This document shows, piece after piece, positions 30,214-42,400 of a DNA stretch of 64,000 nt (its first letter is position 1; the number at the start of each line of letters is the position of its first letter). The notes under the pieces are model-generated. The model saw only the letters and a program-made list of their open reading frames with translations, was not told where the DNA came from and ran no database searches. Source of the stretch: Flavobacteriales bacterium (GTDB taxonomy: Bacteria > Bacteroidota > Bacteroidia > Flavobacteriales_F > PHOS-HE28). Position numbers and translations under genes: made by a program. The stretch lies in NCBI GenBank assembly GCA_041391825.1, contig JAWKNF010000008.1:36943-100942 (forward strand), read 5' to 3'.

Positions 30214-30731
30214 CGTCGTGCCAATGGAATATCGATCACGGTAAAAGGCGCCTCGTTCGCGTCCATGTGGTAGGCTTCATGGTCGTATCTGCCGCAAAGC
30301 GAATAAGGGATGCCCATCGGTATCGGCATGATCGTCTGAACGAATACGGTACCGCTTCGCCAATTACGTTCATCCTGTACCAGAATGGAACAGCCGCGTA
30401 GGTCCGTGCCCAGGCCGATCACCAGTACGTAGTTATCCTGAGCGATCGGGAAGAGCCTATCGCCGTGCCGCGGGCGGTGGTTCACACCAAGTGCGTCGAA
30501 GGCATCCGGGTCGTTGTTCCTGAAAAATGGTGGGAACGGACGACCACCGTAGGTCATGGGTACATTGTTGCTGTCCAGCAAGGTGATGCGCAGGTCCTTG
30601 AGCACCGTACCATCACCGGTAGCGTGTGGCCGCACAACGAGGAGCGCTGCACCGCAATACCCACAATGCTGTGCGGGGAGAAAGTGGCCGAAAAGGCAAA
30701 GAAGGAGGAATGGAACGATGCGCATGATCAT
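30210..30731 (-). CDS. Secreted hypothetical protein.
   Basis: Signal peptide MIMRIVPFLLLCLFGHFLPAQ. Confidence 0.5.
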   Translation of the reverse strand: MIMRIVPFLLLCLFGHFLPAQHCGYCGAALLVVRPHATGDGTVLKDLRITLLDSNNVPMTYGGRPFPPFFRNNDPDAFDALGVNHRPRHGDRLFPIAQDNYVLVIGLGTDLRGCSILVQDERNWRSGTVFVQTIMPIPMGIPYSLCGRYDHEAYHMDANEAPFTVIDIPLARR

Positions 30732-30778
30732 CTGTACACGCCACCGCTCAGGAGGTTCGATCGCCCACGGGAGGATCC

Positions 30779-31665
30779 TCAGTCAACCGACATGCGATAC
30801 CGCTCTTCCTCCGTAGCACGTCCACTGGGGACCAAAGCCTTCCCATCCCAGCGCAGGTATTCGCGCCGCACGAAGCGTGTGATGTAGGACGTGTCCTCGT
30901 CCTCAGGCGCGTCCTGATAGTCGCTGGTCACGCGGATGATGGTGCTCGCGATGCCCTCCATGTCGCTTGGATGGATGAAGGACACGTTGGTGCTGAACGC
31001 ACCGTCGGGCGAACCCATCAGGTCGGCCACATGGTGGAACTTTCCACCGCTCCAGAACACAACGACCTCGCCGGTCGTGCATCCGCAACCACCGATGCAT
31101 GGAACGCGCAGGGTGATGATGTCATCCACCAAGGGCACGCCAAGATCGCCCTGGTTGTTCACTTCATCGAAGCCATGGGCGAAGCTCCGCACCACGATGC
31201 GGTCCAGTTCCTTTCCGTTCTGTAAGGCCACGATCCGGTATCCATGGTCAGTGACCCCGGTATCGGATGGGGTGATGTGGTCAATGCCTCCGACGAATTT
31301 CACCGTTGCATCGGCCGTGCTGCCGAAGCTGCGCTGCGCGATATGACCGCCCCATACCCAACCGTTGTCTTCGATCCCGCTATTACGCGGTACCACGCGC
31401 TGGTCAAACCGTGGAGGCGGAGTTCTTCCGGGCTACGCTCCTCGATCGAGACCGGTGTGCCGGCTGACAGTGTGGCCACGAGACCGGCTTGGACGAAGGG
31501 TGCGCTGCGCATCGCCACATCGCCTCGGAGGATGTATTCTCGCTGTGTTTCCTGCGGAAAGAGGTAATTGCCCCTGGGCGTGTGGTGCACGGTAGGTACT
31601 TCCTCCTGTGCCACGATGAACGAAGGCAACAGGACAAGGACCTGGATCGACTTAAGTCGTCGCAT
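30779..31665 (-). CDS. Secreted hypothetical protein, apparently frameshifted near 31300-31396.
   Basis: Two overlapping minus-strand ORFs. The upstream one starts with signal peptide MRRLKSIQVLVLLPSFIVAQ and runs into the downstream ORF. Confidence 0.4.
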
Positions 31666-31913
31666 TGCCTCCAAGGGGTTCATGGCCCGCACTGCGCCAT
31701 GTTCCAAAGGTAGCGCCATGTGCAGGGGAGTGGATGCGGTTTCACCCGGTTCGGCACACACTCCCGCGAGATCACATCATCCACGTACGATACATCGCGC
31801 ATGACAGGAGTCCACTTCGGGCCCGGATCAGATCATGCGGCAATGTCGTTGTAATACCGGGAACATGCCACTTGCACGAGACACGTGAACAAGGAACTTA
31901 TAGGAGTGGATCA

Positions 31914-32655
31914 TCAGCGCATCAGCATCACCGGATGCATACGTCGACTGTTCCGGCCCATCGCCTCCACCCATGCCACCGAAGTGCCAACAGGGATCTG
32001 CTGCACATCAAGCGGGATGATGCGTTCCTCACCAGCCGACATGTCGGCGTCCATCAATACGTGGGACCGACGGCCCAAGGCATCCACTACGGTGATGCGC
32101 ACACGTTGTGCCGTGGTGCTGCGTACACGCACACTCGCCACCTCGCTCATCGGATTGGGCGAAACCACCAGTTGCAGGTCATCGTCGCTGGCGATGCTGT
32201 CCGCGGCAACGGGCTCACAAGCACCCAATAGGCAACCGTGCGCCAAGTGGGCCGGCACACCGTTCGCGCTGATGCAGATCGTATGCGCATTCGCGGGGTT
32301 CCCGGGTGGTATGTGACAGACCGCCACCTTGTTTCCGTTGTTGCCGCAATGCACATCCACTACGTTCACGAAAACGGAATCCGAGGCCATGCATAAGGTG
32401 TCGTCCGTCAGCGTCACCACGTACCATCCACTGGTCGTATCACACACGGTAATGGAAGCCCCTGTGGAACCGTTGCTCCAGAGCAGCGCTGCGGGTTGCG
32501 CAGCGGTCACATCAGGGACTGAGGGTGGCACAGGCCAGCGGTTCATAGCCCCAGTAGATGGTAACGGTGTCCGCAGGAAGGTCCACACTGCACTGGGCAT
32601 GTGCGAAGGTGGTGGCCAGAAGAAGGGCGGTGGAAAGCGCGTAGCGTTGGATCAT
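31914..32655 (-). CDS. Small secreted Cys-rich protein with a CHIPPGNP motif and a T9SS-like C-terminal domain; frameshifted near 32500.
   Basis: Signal peptide MIQRYALSTALLLATTFAHAQ in one frame, with the body in the next frame. Conserved block KVAVCHIPPGNPANAHTICISANGVPAHLAHGCLLGAC. C-terminal LQLVVSPNPMSEVASVRV... Confidence 0.5.
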
Positions 32656-33186
32656 ATGCCCTCAAGTTAGGTCCGTTTTGTTCCTGTTGTCAAGGCTGAT
32701 ACCGAAGTGGGGACCCGTTCCAGGATGCTAAGGACCGGGTGGTCGTTCGTGTGTACCGCATGCAAATGCGTCCTGCAACCCTTGTTCGATCAACGCTTCT
32801 CAGCAATAAAGCCATCGCACAACCCGGCGGGCAGGGCATGGACGTGCATTTCGATGTTCAGGATGAAGGCGTTCATCAGGCCTTGGATCACGAGAATGCA
32901 GATCGGGCGACCGCGTACCGATCCAAGCTGATCGATCGGCGGACGGAGGAGGGTTTCGACACCATTATCCGGCACCGTACGAGCCACACGGAGGACCTGC
33001 GCTCCTTTGAGGAATACATATGGTGCGTTATTTCGGAGATCGCCAAGCCATGCCCTTCCTAGGCCCCCAGCATGGATCGCACGAACAGTCGTAGATCTGG
33101 TGGCTCCGAACTTCAGGTATGACGTAAATTGTGGTGTACGGTGCAGGCCATGAGCAAGGTGGCTCGCACTGAAAGATATCCGATCG

Positions 33187-33963
33187 ATGAAGCAAACTCC
33201 TTTTCCTCTTGGGTTTCTACCCGCTTCGGGTGCATTCGCACAGCTCCCCAACGGGAGCACGGCACCAGACTTCACCCTCACCGACTACTACGGCACCACG
33301 CACAACCTGTATGCCTACTTGGATGCGGACAAGACCGTGTTCGTGGAGATCTTCGCTGCCCATTGCCCCACGTGCTGGGCCTACCATCAGACGCACCGGC
33401 TGAAGAACATCTACGAGCAGTACGGCCCCGATGGTACGGATGAATTGATGGTGCTGGCCTTGGAGCACGATCCCTGGAACGACTCCACCGCCTTCACCGG
33501 GAACCATGAACCGTGGGTAACGGCAGGGGATTGGTTGACAAGTACCCCATACCCGATCTTCAACGTGGAGGATCCGGATCGCGGGGTGTTCACGGACTAC
33601 AACGTCACCTACTACCCGGTGATCTACAAGATCTGTCCGGACCGGATCCTGGAGCGTGTGTTCCCCTCCGAAACGGAAACACAGCTCTACCAGAAAGTGG
33701 AGGAATGCCAGTTGTTCGCCGCGATCGAAGAGGGGCCGGACCTGGGCCTGATCCGCGTCGATCCGCTCTCGCGCAGCCTGATCATCGATCGTTACCAGGA
33801 GGTGCAGGGGCTGGAGGTGATGGACCTGCAAGGGAGGACCATCCGAAGCATCGGGGCCATCAACAGCTCGACCATACCGCTGGGTGAGCTTCGGACCGGG
33901 GTTTATCTGTTCCGCATCCGAACGGAGCGCGGGCCTGTGGTGAAACGCTTCGTGTTGGAGTAG
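33187..33963 (+). CDS. Thioredoxin-like (TlpA/redoxin family) thiol-disulfide oxidoreductase with a T9SS C-terminal sorting domain.
   Basis: Signal peptide; APDFTLTDYYGTTHNL...KTVFVEIFAAHCPTCW has the CxxC motif. The CTD reads GLEVMDLQGRTIRSIG...LGELRTGVYLFRIRTERGPVVKRFV. Confidence 0.75.
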   Translation: MKQTPFPLGFLPASGAFAQLPNGSTAPDFTLTDYYGTTHNLYAYLDADKTVFVEIFAAHCPTCWAYHQTHRLKNIYEQYGPDGTDELMVLALEHDPWNDSTAFTGNHEPWVTAGDWLTSTPYPIFNVEDPDRGVFTDYNVTYYPVIYKICPDRILERVFPSETETQLYQKVEECQLFAAIEEGPDLGLIRVDPLSRSLIIDRYQEVQGLEVMDLQGRTIRSIGAINSSTIPLGELRTGVYLFRIRTERGPVVKRFVLE

Positions 33964-33992
33964 GAGGACGGCCCTGCGGTCGGAGCGGCCTG

Positions 33993-35569
33993 CTACTGAA
34001 CGATCAACTTCTTCGCGAAGGAGCCATGGTCCGTACTGACCCGCACGAAATAGATGCCATGTTTCAGATCGGAAAGGTCGATCGACCCCCGATCCTGTTG
34101 CAGCACGAAGGACCGCAGTTCGTTGCCGAGCAGGTCCACTACTTGCACCATTGGTCGGGTCATACCGCTGAAGCGCGGGTAGTACAGCACCGTGCGGTCT
34201 TGGGCCGGGTTCGGGTACAGCGCGAAGGCATCTTCCGCATCCGACATGTCCGGACCCAGCGTTGTGTTTGTGTTGATCGTGACCGCTTGGGAGAAGTTGT
34301 TGGAGCAGTTCGAAGCATTGGTGTTGTTCACGACCACGTTCACAGTGCCGATCGGACCAGCACCCCAGTTGACATCGATGCTGTTGGTGGAGGAGGAGCC
34401 CGTTCCGCCGTCAACGATCCATGCATAGGTGTAGCTGGCGACCAGTGGAACACTGTATGTGGCCGACTGACTGCGCAACAGTGGCAGGGCCATCGATCAT
34501 CATGGAAGGTCGCGGAGCGCTGCCCAGAAGGCGTTGAAGTTGGCCCTGTTGGAAATTGCCCACGTACACGGTGTCGCTGGCGACATGGATCGCTTGTACG
34601 GTGCTCCACACGTTCGACGCACGAGGCGTTCTAACAGGTGGCCTGCGCGCATTGCTGATCCTGGATCTGCGTACACATAGCGTTTGTCCGCCCAGGAGGT
34701 AGGAGTTAAGCGCCACCCAGATGTAGTCGCCATCCGGTAGAGGCTCAGTGTTTCAAAGCTGCTGTTGTTCGGAGCGAAAGGGTCACGTTGCCGCTGAGGT
34801 CATAGGCCGCAACGCCTTGACGAGGTACCCCACCGACCATGTCGAAATCGCCACCCACGCAGAGGTGGTCGTTCGTGGCGCACGATGGCCGTGACCCTGA
34901 AGCGAGCCATCAATGGTCCGGACAGGTGGCTGTCCAAGGCCCCGGTGAGCTTGTCGAAACGACAGAGGTCGCCGTACACGAGGCTGGTACAAGCTGAACT
35001 GCCCACCCACGTACACATGGTCATCGCCCACATGCACGGCATTGATGTTCGGCCCGCCGGCACTGAAATCCGGGGAGCCTCTGCCATCCGGTGGCCAAGC
35101 CTGTGGCATCCACGGCAACGAGCCTCGAAGGGTTCAGCTTGCAGTAACAGAAGGTGCTGTCTTCCACACCAACGCCTTGCCTCCAGGAAATGAAATTCGC
35201 ACTGTCGTCTACCTGTTCTGTTGCCCGTGGCCAGGTCGAACATGCAAATGCCCAGTCTGGGCTGGCTGTTCACGGTCTGGAATGGATTCCACCGACCATC
35301 AGTTTGTCCGCCACCCCGTTGATGGAGGTGACCGTGTTCGTGATATCCGTCGGGCTCCAGGCATCGAGTTCGTTGGTGGTGGCGCTGGAAGGGCCAGGCC
35401 AGCGCGGAACGCCATCGACCATGCTGAATTGCTCACCGATGTAAACGGTATTGCCGACCTTCTCGATGGCGTACACATCCGTGTTCGGTACAGGCCCGCC
35501 GAGCAGGGTTTGCGAGGGCGGCAAATGAGAGGGAACAGAGCAGGAGGGTAAGGAGGGTCTGGCGTGCAT
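33993..35569 (-). pseudogene. T9SS cargo protein with beta-propeller-type repeats and an Ig-like region, broken by many frameshifts.
   Basis: N-terminal signal peptide MHARPSLPSCSVPS... then VYAIEKVGNTVYIGEQFS, with NAVHVGDDHVYVGGQFS repeats in other frames. The C-terminal piece carries YAWIVDGGTGSSSTNSIDVNWGAGPIGTVNVVVNN and the T9SS CTD ALYPNPAQDRTVLYYP...GIYFVRVSTDHGSFAKKLIV. At least five frame changes are seen. Confidence 0.55.
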
Positions 35570-35707
35570 GGAGCCTGTACGTGCAAGACGGGCAATGGAG
35601 GATGGTTGTGCGGGCGGCCACGCCTTAGTCGCGCTTCTTCACACCCTGATAGAGGCCCAGCAGCTCGTCAAGCACTCAGATAGGGAATGCGCCAACGCAC
35701 AAGGCCA

Positions 35708-35790
35708 GCGCATTTTGCAAGACCAACCTATGTCCCGGCGCAGCCGACCACAGCGCGCATTTGCATAGGCTGTGACAGTCTTGCAGCACA
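35708..35790. repeat. Hairpin (inverted-repeat) element TTTTGCAAGAC...TGCATAGG...GACAGTCTTGCA, copy 1 of 3.
   Basis: Shares the TTTGCAAGAC-(C)CTATGTCC...GCATTTGCATAGG...GACAGTCTTGCA skeleton with copies at 44596-44680 and 45160-45235. Confidence 0.6.
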
Positions 35791-36499
35791 CAACCCATCA
35801 ACACCTCCCATCGCGATGCACCCCACTGGTCCCGCTCACCTCGTCCTGAGCTTCTTCACCGCTGCTGCAAGCACGCCTCAGGTCGAATTCGCCCGCGTTC
35901 AGCGCGTCCAAGCGAAGTGTAGCGCAAGGGCCAGCGTGCCGAGGTCCTCGTAGGGGCCACTGCTCACCCTCTCCATGGCGCGATTCTGACCGTCATTTTG
36001 ATGAGTACCCATTTGCCCTGGGTAAGTCCCGCCAGCTGTATCAGGCGCAATCGATACTTCCAGTTCCGTGCGGGTCATGGCGGTGCGGATCCTTCAAAGG
36101 ACGAGAACGCGGCTTTGTTGCGGATAAGGCGCCGTTGCTGCCGTCGTAGACCGACCGCGCTTATCGCATGTTCTAACCGTCGTGCGCTATGTGCAAGTAG
36201 CATCACGCATTGCACATACACAGCTACATCATGCGCCAGTCGTCGGCAGGTGGCCGCAAAGCGGGGATGTCCACGATCAGCGCGGCCGCGTCCGGCTCGG
36301 GGTCTTGTGCTGCGAGCCAGTGCGAGCTTGGACTGGCTTTGGTAGCCTGCCCCGGGCCCGACTCCGGGGTGGCGCCTTTTTTGATGGAAGCCCTGGCAGA
36401 ATTGATGCGGGGCCGGCGAAGCAAAAGGTGAAGACAATAGCGGACACCAAACTGCAGGCATTGCCCACACAGCATTGTCATCCATCACCAAGCATGCGG

Positions 36500-36915
36500 A
36501 TGCACTGTCACTTCGCACTGCTTGGTCCGCCACGTAGCACTGTTGGGTCCGTCACGTAGCACGTGGTGCTCCGTCACTTAGCACTGGTTGGTCAATCACT
36601 TACACTGCATCCATCAGGCAGCACTGGGTGGTCCATCACTTAAGCACTGGGTGGTCCACCACTTAGCACTAGGTGGTCAGGGACCACTCTACACTGGGTG
36701 GTCCACCACTTGAAGACTGGGTGTCCACCACTTAGCACTGGGCAATGCACCACTCAGCACTGGGTGGTCCATCACTTAGCACTGGGTGGTCCACCACTTA
36801 CACTCAGGTGGACCACTTAGCACTGGGTGGTCCACCATCAGTATTGGTGGTCGACCACTTAGCACCGGGGTGGTCCATCACTTAGCACTGGGTGGTCCAT
36901 CACTTAGGCCTGTAT
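36500..36915. repeat. Tandem array of about 18 imperfect 22-bp units, consensus CACTTAGCACTGGGTGGTCCAY.
   Basis: Read directly: ...cacttagcactgggtggtccat cacttagcactgggtggtccac cacttagcact... Copies are more degenerate at the left end. No ORF is present and the unit length is not a multiple of 3. Confidence 0.85.
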
Positions 36916-37975
36916 GCCGCCGTGCACGCCCCCGCTTATGGTAGTTTCCGATAGCATTATAGGACTTTCCAGTTACCGTATCGGCAACGGCGATAGGCCG
37001 CATGTCCTGTGCACGAGCGCCGCGCGAGGGACGCCATGGAATTCACCAGCGGCCGAAAAACCAAGAACGCCATGAGAGCGAACATCAAGACGGACTTGCC
37101 AACATGCTGCCCCCAGCCTTGCTGGCCTTCTTCAACCACATCATCGCGAAGCTCACCGGCAATCGCGACGTTCCTCAATCCGCCCATGTCCATAGTGGAT
37201 ATGACCACCCGGAAGTTGCCGCAGACTGCCATCTCCGCCGCCATCGATGGCAACAGCACCGACCGCGCCCACCGCAACGCCGTGGTGAAGGAGGTGCAGG
37301 ACGTGCTGCGCATCACGGCGGGGATCATGCGCGCGCCGAATGCGAGCGGCGACGCCGAGCCTGCTCACCACCGGCGGCTACCCTGGCCAAACAGCCCGAG
37401 ACGTACACGGAGTGTGGCATCCCCAAGAACGCAGCGCCAGTGCCACTGATGTAAGCGGCGAGGGTGAAGCTGTGGTGGGCTGCACGCAGGCCGCGCGCAT
37501 GTTCCGCATCGAACAGGCTTTCACCAGTGACCCCACCCTGGGCGAGACCACCCAGCCAACGTAGCAGGGGTGAGCCGCCAGCGCGTTTCACCGTTCCGGT
37601 CCTCTACGCCTGGCAGCTACTTCTAATTCCGCATCATCGCCATGGGCATCGACAGAAGGCCTACTGGCTGACGGCACTGGGCTGCCCCAGATAGCTCGGT
37701 ACCCCAGTCCTGACATGCCAGCCCCGGCACCGAAGAGGAATGCGGAGGTGGCGGGGTTATTGCGTTAGCTGCAATACCCACGCCAGCCTGCCGTAGCCAA
37801 TGGCCTTTAACCCGCCGGGCGTCTGTTGGTGACGAATGCCTGTATGGACGTTACAAAAAGCTTATGCAAGAAGAAGCATTATCGGTTGTAGTGTTGTAGT
37901 GGCTTGTCAGTAACTGTGTGGAAAGGCTTTGTATTTGGGATATTACTAGCGAACATTTGTCTCCATCTTAGCGCA

Positions 37976-39322
37976 ATGCGCTTTGTCGATTTATTCGCCG
38001 GTCTAGTGGCTCACGTTGGGCTCGAACGACTTGGACACGAGTGTGTCTTCGCGAGTGAGTTGGACCTGATGTTACAGGACGTGTCTATGAAAAGAATCAT
38101 GGTATTCGTCCAGTAGGTGATATTCGAAAGGTGAAATCTGGGCGATGTGCCCGAACACGACATTCTATGTATGCTTCCATGCCAACCATTTTCTAAGGCG
38201 GGAGAACAAGCTGGATCTGATTGTCTACGAACGGCTCACTTCGATGAAGTTCATCGGGTAATCCGATACCGTAAGCCTGAGTACGTCATCCTTGAGAATG
38301 TCCCGAATCTGCGGCACTCACGATGATGGGCGTACATGGGCATCAATCAAACAGAGCCTTGAGTAGGCTCGGATACGCGGTTGCAGAATGTATCTACTCG
38401 CCGCATGAGTTTGGCATAATTCTGATCTGAAAGCGACTGCCGCCCGTTGCTAAGCGAGACGAAGGGTTCTGCTGGCCGAAGCGACCTGTGAACCTGTCGT
38501 CGTTGCGCAACATTCTTGACAAGGAGCCAATTGGTGCCCGACCACTCAGCCCCAGTTGTAGACTGTCTGGAAGTATGGCAGGACTTCTTGAATCGAATAC
38601 CCAAGGACGCCCCATTTTCCAGTCATGGTCGATGGAGTTCGGTGCGACGTACCCTTCGAGGAGCAGACGCTGTTCTCTAGGCAGCGAAGGGCTTAGGCAT
38701 ATCGAGGGGCGCAAGGTATGAGACTTGACAGAAGAGATATTCCAGATGCGTTCGAGGCGCTGCTATCTTATGCGCGCACTGAGGACGACCAGTTCCCAGC
38801 TTGGGAAGCGAGCGTTCATAAGGCCGAACCGAGCGTTCTATCAGAAACACAAACGAGAACTGAAATCGTGGTTGCTGGAGATCCTCCGCTTCCCACCGTC
38901 GCCGCAGAAGTTCGAGTGGAATTGTAAGGGAGGTGAGCGCGATGTTTGAAGTATGATCCAGTTTCGGCCTAGGCGCGTGCAACGACCTGACACGAGTCCT
39001 TCATTGGTCGCAATGATCACTACACAGGTTCATCATCGGCTGGGAACGCTACATGACCACTAATGAATGCGCTCAATTACAATCGTTTGGACTGCTGAAG
39101 CATCTGCCCTCCACTGGAACGAAAGCCTTTAAGGCGTTTGGCAATGCGGTGAATGCAAGGTTGGTGGCCAACGCTGGCGAACTTCTTGATGCCCATCAGG
39201 ATGCTGCACCATCCGCTACGAAGCCAATCAGGCAGAGCACCACTTACTGCTCGCTTGATATGTATCTTCTTTACTATGGACGTCAATATCCGCCCAGGGG
39301 TCAATATTCTTTCTGTACTTAA
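37976..39322 (+). pseudogene. C5 cytosine-specific DNA methyltransferase (Dcm-type), heavily frameshifted and stop-interrupted, inside a low-GC segment.
   Basis: Motif I MRFVDLFAGL...GLERLGHECVFASELD; motif IV QPFSKAGEQAGSD in a shifted frame; motif VI ILENVPNL; motif X LTTNECAQLQSFGLLKHLP...AFKAFGNAVNARLVA. No single frame stays open for more than about 90 aa. Confidence 0.7.
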
Positions 39323-39344
39323 TACCTGAGCTATAAGCATTGGT

Positions 39345-40481
39345 ATGCTCGGCGAGTTCGTCGACAATGCAGTCAACAGCGGCATAGAGCGCAATTGGAA
39401 TCGACTGCAATCGATGCATGGTCAAGGTTACAAGCTGCGCGTGGACATTGAGACGATAAGAACGACGGTGTGTCGCATCGTTATCTGCGACAATGCTGCT
39501 GGCATCGCTTCTGTCGACTACCAACGTGCTTTTCGGACCGCAGAGATACCAATTGATCGTACTGGTTTCTCTGAGTTCGGGATGGGGATGAAGAGTGCTG
39601 GCTTCTGGTTCACCAACACATGGACTGTCCGCACAAAAGCCATTGGTGAGAACCGTGCAGGCAAGATTTATTTGATCTAGCCAGGGCATCATGGATGGTG
39701 GTCTTGAGACTCTGCCGGTGGAAGAGGAGCTCGCGAAAATGGAGGAGCATCATCGAGTTGGTACTTCTTTCGGCCAGCTAAGATGGTCAAGAGACCATTG
39801 GAAAGATTTCAAGGAGCATCTCACGAGCATCGCCAGTTCCTCAATGTGAGGGGAAGCTGGAGATATATTATGACGGCGAGTTGCTCCACTATGAAGAACT
39901 TAAAATTCTGGAAGCGGCTAATCCCAGAGACCCCGGGCAAAGTGGTCGTCTGAAGAAGCAAGTGGACGTCCGACTTGCAGGCAACAAGCGCATACACGGG
40001 TTCGTAGCGATTCGCGAGGAAGCGAAGCTGTCGTGGAGGCTTGGATTGGCCTTGTTCCGTCGCGGTCGGTCGATCTTGGGGAGCGGGGATGGCTATCGAC
40101 TCCACTTCCGTGTTCGGACAACCTAACAGTTAGTCGCTATCAACGGCATTCAAGAACTACACGTCGAAGGCTTTGGAGTAAGCCATACAAAGGATGTTAT
40201 CCAGTGGGAACATTCCCGAAGAGGACTTCGTTGGTTCTCAGGAAGTGATTGATGCAGAGCCGTTGCCGATTTTGAAGATGGCGGAAGAATACCGCGCACG
40301 AACAAGGACCACGAGCATTGTCCGAGCAGCACAATCTGCAGCAGCGTCAACGGCGCAAGCTTCTGGCGCGGCGCAAGCGATCATCGATGGCCAGCGACAT
40401 GAGCAAAAGCTGTTCCTAGCCCACTGCCAGTATCGCTTCCTTTGTCAGTTGAGATACCTGCAACCAAAGAGTTCAAATTGA
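39345..40481 (+). pseudogene. GHKL-type ATPase (HATPase_c_3/MORC-like), frameshifted after about 110 aa.
   Basis: N-box EFVDNAVNSG, G1 box ICDNAAGI, G2 box FGMGMKSAG in the first 111 aa. Downstream pieces continue in other frames. Confidence 0.55.
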
Positions 40482-40815
40482 CTTTTCTCGTATCAGGAGT
40501 GGCTCGTCACTATCGATCTGGCGAACGATTCTGCAATAGAGGACTGGCTGGATATATCGCAGAACCAAAGGAGCGATAGGCAGCGCCAATTGAAAATTCG
40601 CGTGAACCTTCGCGCATCCGTTCATGCAACGGTTCAGTGGGGCATCCGGGGAACAGATCGAGCTCATGTTGCGCGTTGCGGGCTGCGTTAGCCATTGCAG
40701 AGACTATTGCTCGATGTTGGGGTTCGACAAGCGGGTACTATCAGACAGCATAAACGAGTTGCCCAGAAGTTGCCCTTATGCGCCGAGCGAGACGAACGAC
40801 TAACAGGTGGCATGA

Positions 40816-42400
40816 GTGATATTCAACTTGATTGAACCAAACATGGCATCTTCTGGTGTTGGCTGGGTACCTGCAATTGGGCAGGAGACCGAAGATCTTC
40901 TTGAACACTTCAAGGGGAAGTTGGACGAAGTGCAGGGAGCGAGAACCTCATTGAATCAACGACTCGGATTTCGGCCAATGCGCTCTAACAGTTGGCCCTG
41001 CAGACAACAGCAACCGGTCTGGTAGCTGGATATGTTCAGAGCGGCAAGACGATGTCCTTTACGACCGTGGCTGCGATGGCAGTGGACAACGGCTATCCAG
41101 TGGTAATTGTAATAACTGGCACGTCCAACGACCTATATCGACAGTCCGCACAGCGACTTGAACAAGACCTCTGCCTTCATTCGCGCTTTGACCGCAAGTG
41201 GCAACATCTGCAAGAACCAAGACAGAACGAAGGTGACCGCATCAGCAGGATACTCCAGATTGAGGACCCTAGCGTGCCAATTCCTTGATCGACAGATACT
41301 TTGTTACAATCAAGAAGAACTGGAGTGTGCTACGGAGGCTGATCACTTTGCTGCGCCAATGCGACCTGAACGGAATTCCTGCTTTGATCATCGATGACGA
41401 GGCGGATCAGGCGAGCTTGAACACTAGAGTGAACGATGACGATGAGAGCGCTACTTACGCCCGTATTCGTGGGCTCCGAGGTTTATTCCCCTGTCAAGCA
41501 CCTTTCTGCAGTACACTGCTACGCCGCAAGCCAATCTACTCATCAACATCCTTGATAGCCTTTCTCCCGACTTTGTTGAGTTGCCAACACCCGGTGAAGA
41601 CTACTCCGGTGGTATCGAGTTTTTCGGTGATGACTCCAGGTCTCGTTCGCGATATACCCGTGAACGAACTACCTGCGCGGAACAACCCTGCACCTGAGGT
41701 TCCTGAAACCTTGATGGAAGCGATGCGTGTGTTCTTCCCGCTGGTGTGGCTATCGGCACATTAAGGGTGAGGCGCGTCAGGGCAAGAACCGCAGCATGTT
41801 GGTACATCCATCTCGAGAAACCAATCCACAGGGGTACTATGCACAATGGGTCAGGCATCTCAAGCGCCACTGGAAGCGGACTCTTTCTCAGCCGGAGGGC
41901 ACCAGGACGATAGGAGTTACTCGAGGACTTCAAGTCGGCGTTTGATGATATCGCCCAGACTGTTCCCGAGGACTGCCGACATGGGAGGAAGTCTCCAATG
42001 CATTGTGCCGGGCGATTGCAAAGACCGATAGCGGGGAAGTGAACTCAACCACGCGTTTGGTGGCTGATACCAATTACATCAGACTATGCGCGGATACTCA
42101 TTGGCGGCTACACTCGATCGGCTTCACAATTGAAGGTCTAACGGTGACTCATATGCCGCGAGGACTTGGGTCTATGGAACTGCTGACACGCTGCAACAGC
42201 GTGCTCGCTTCTTTGGTTATAAACGGAGCTATTTGGGGTATTGCAGGCTGTACTTGGATGCTGGCGTCCGAGATGCCTTCATTGACTACGTGGAGCACGA
42301 GGAGAGCATACGAAGAATTGAATGACCTCAGAACGCGACAAGTGCCGTTGAAGCAATGGCGGCGGGCGTTCATCTGTCTCTCCTGATTGCAAACTCACGC
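40816..42400 (+). pseudogene. Z1-domain-like P-loop NTPase, the kind of protein typically linked to C5-MTase genes; multiply frameshifted.
   Basis: LQTTATGLVAGYVQSGKTMSFTTVAAMAVDNGYPVVIVITGTSNDLYRQSAQRLEQDL is a Z1-type Walker A segment. It is followed by ...GIPALIIDDEADQASLNT (Walker B/DEAD-like) in another frame. Confidence 0.5.

Noticed and set aside
36957-37700. Several 70-150-aa ORFs in both strands in the high-GC gap between the 22-bp array and the low-GC island.
   Set aside because: No start context, no motifs, Arg/Pro/Ala-rich. Treated as non-coding or unrecognisable fossil sequence.
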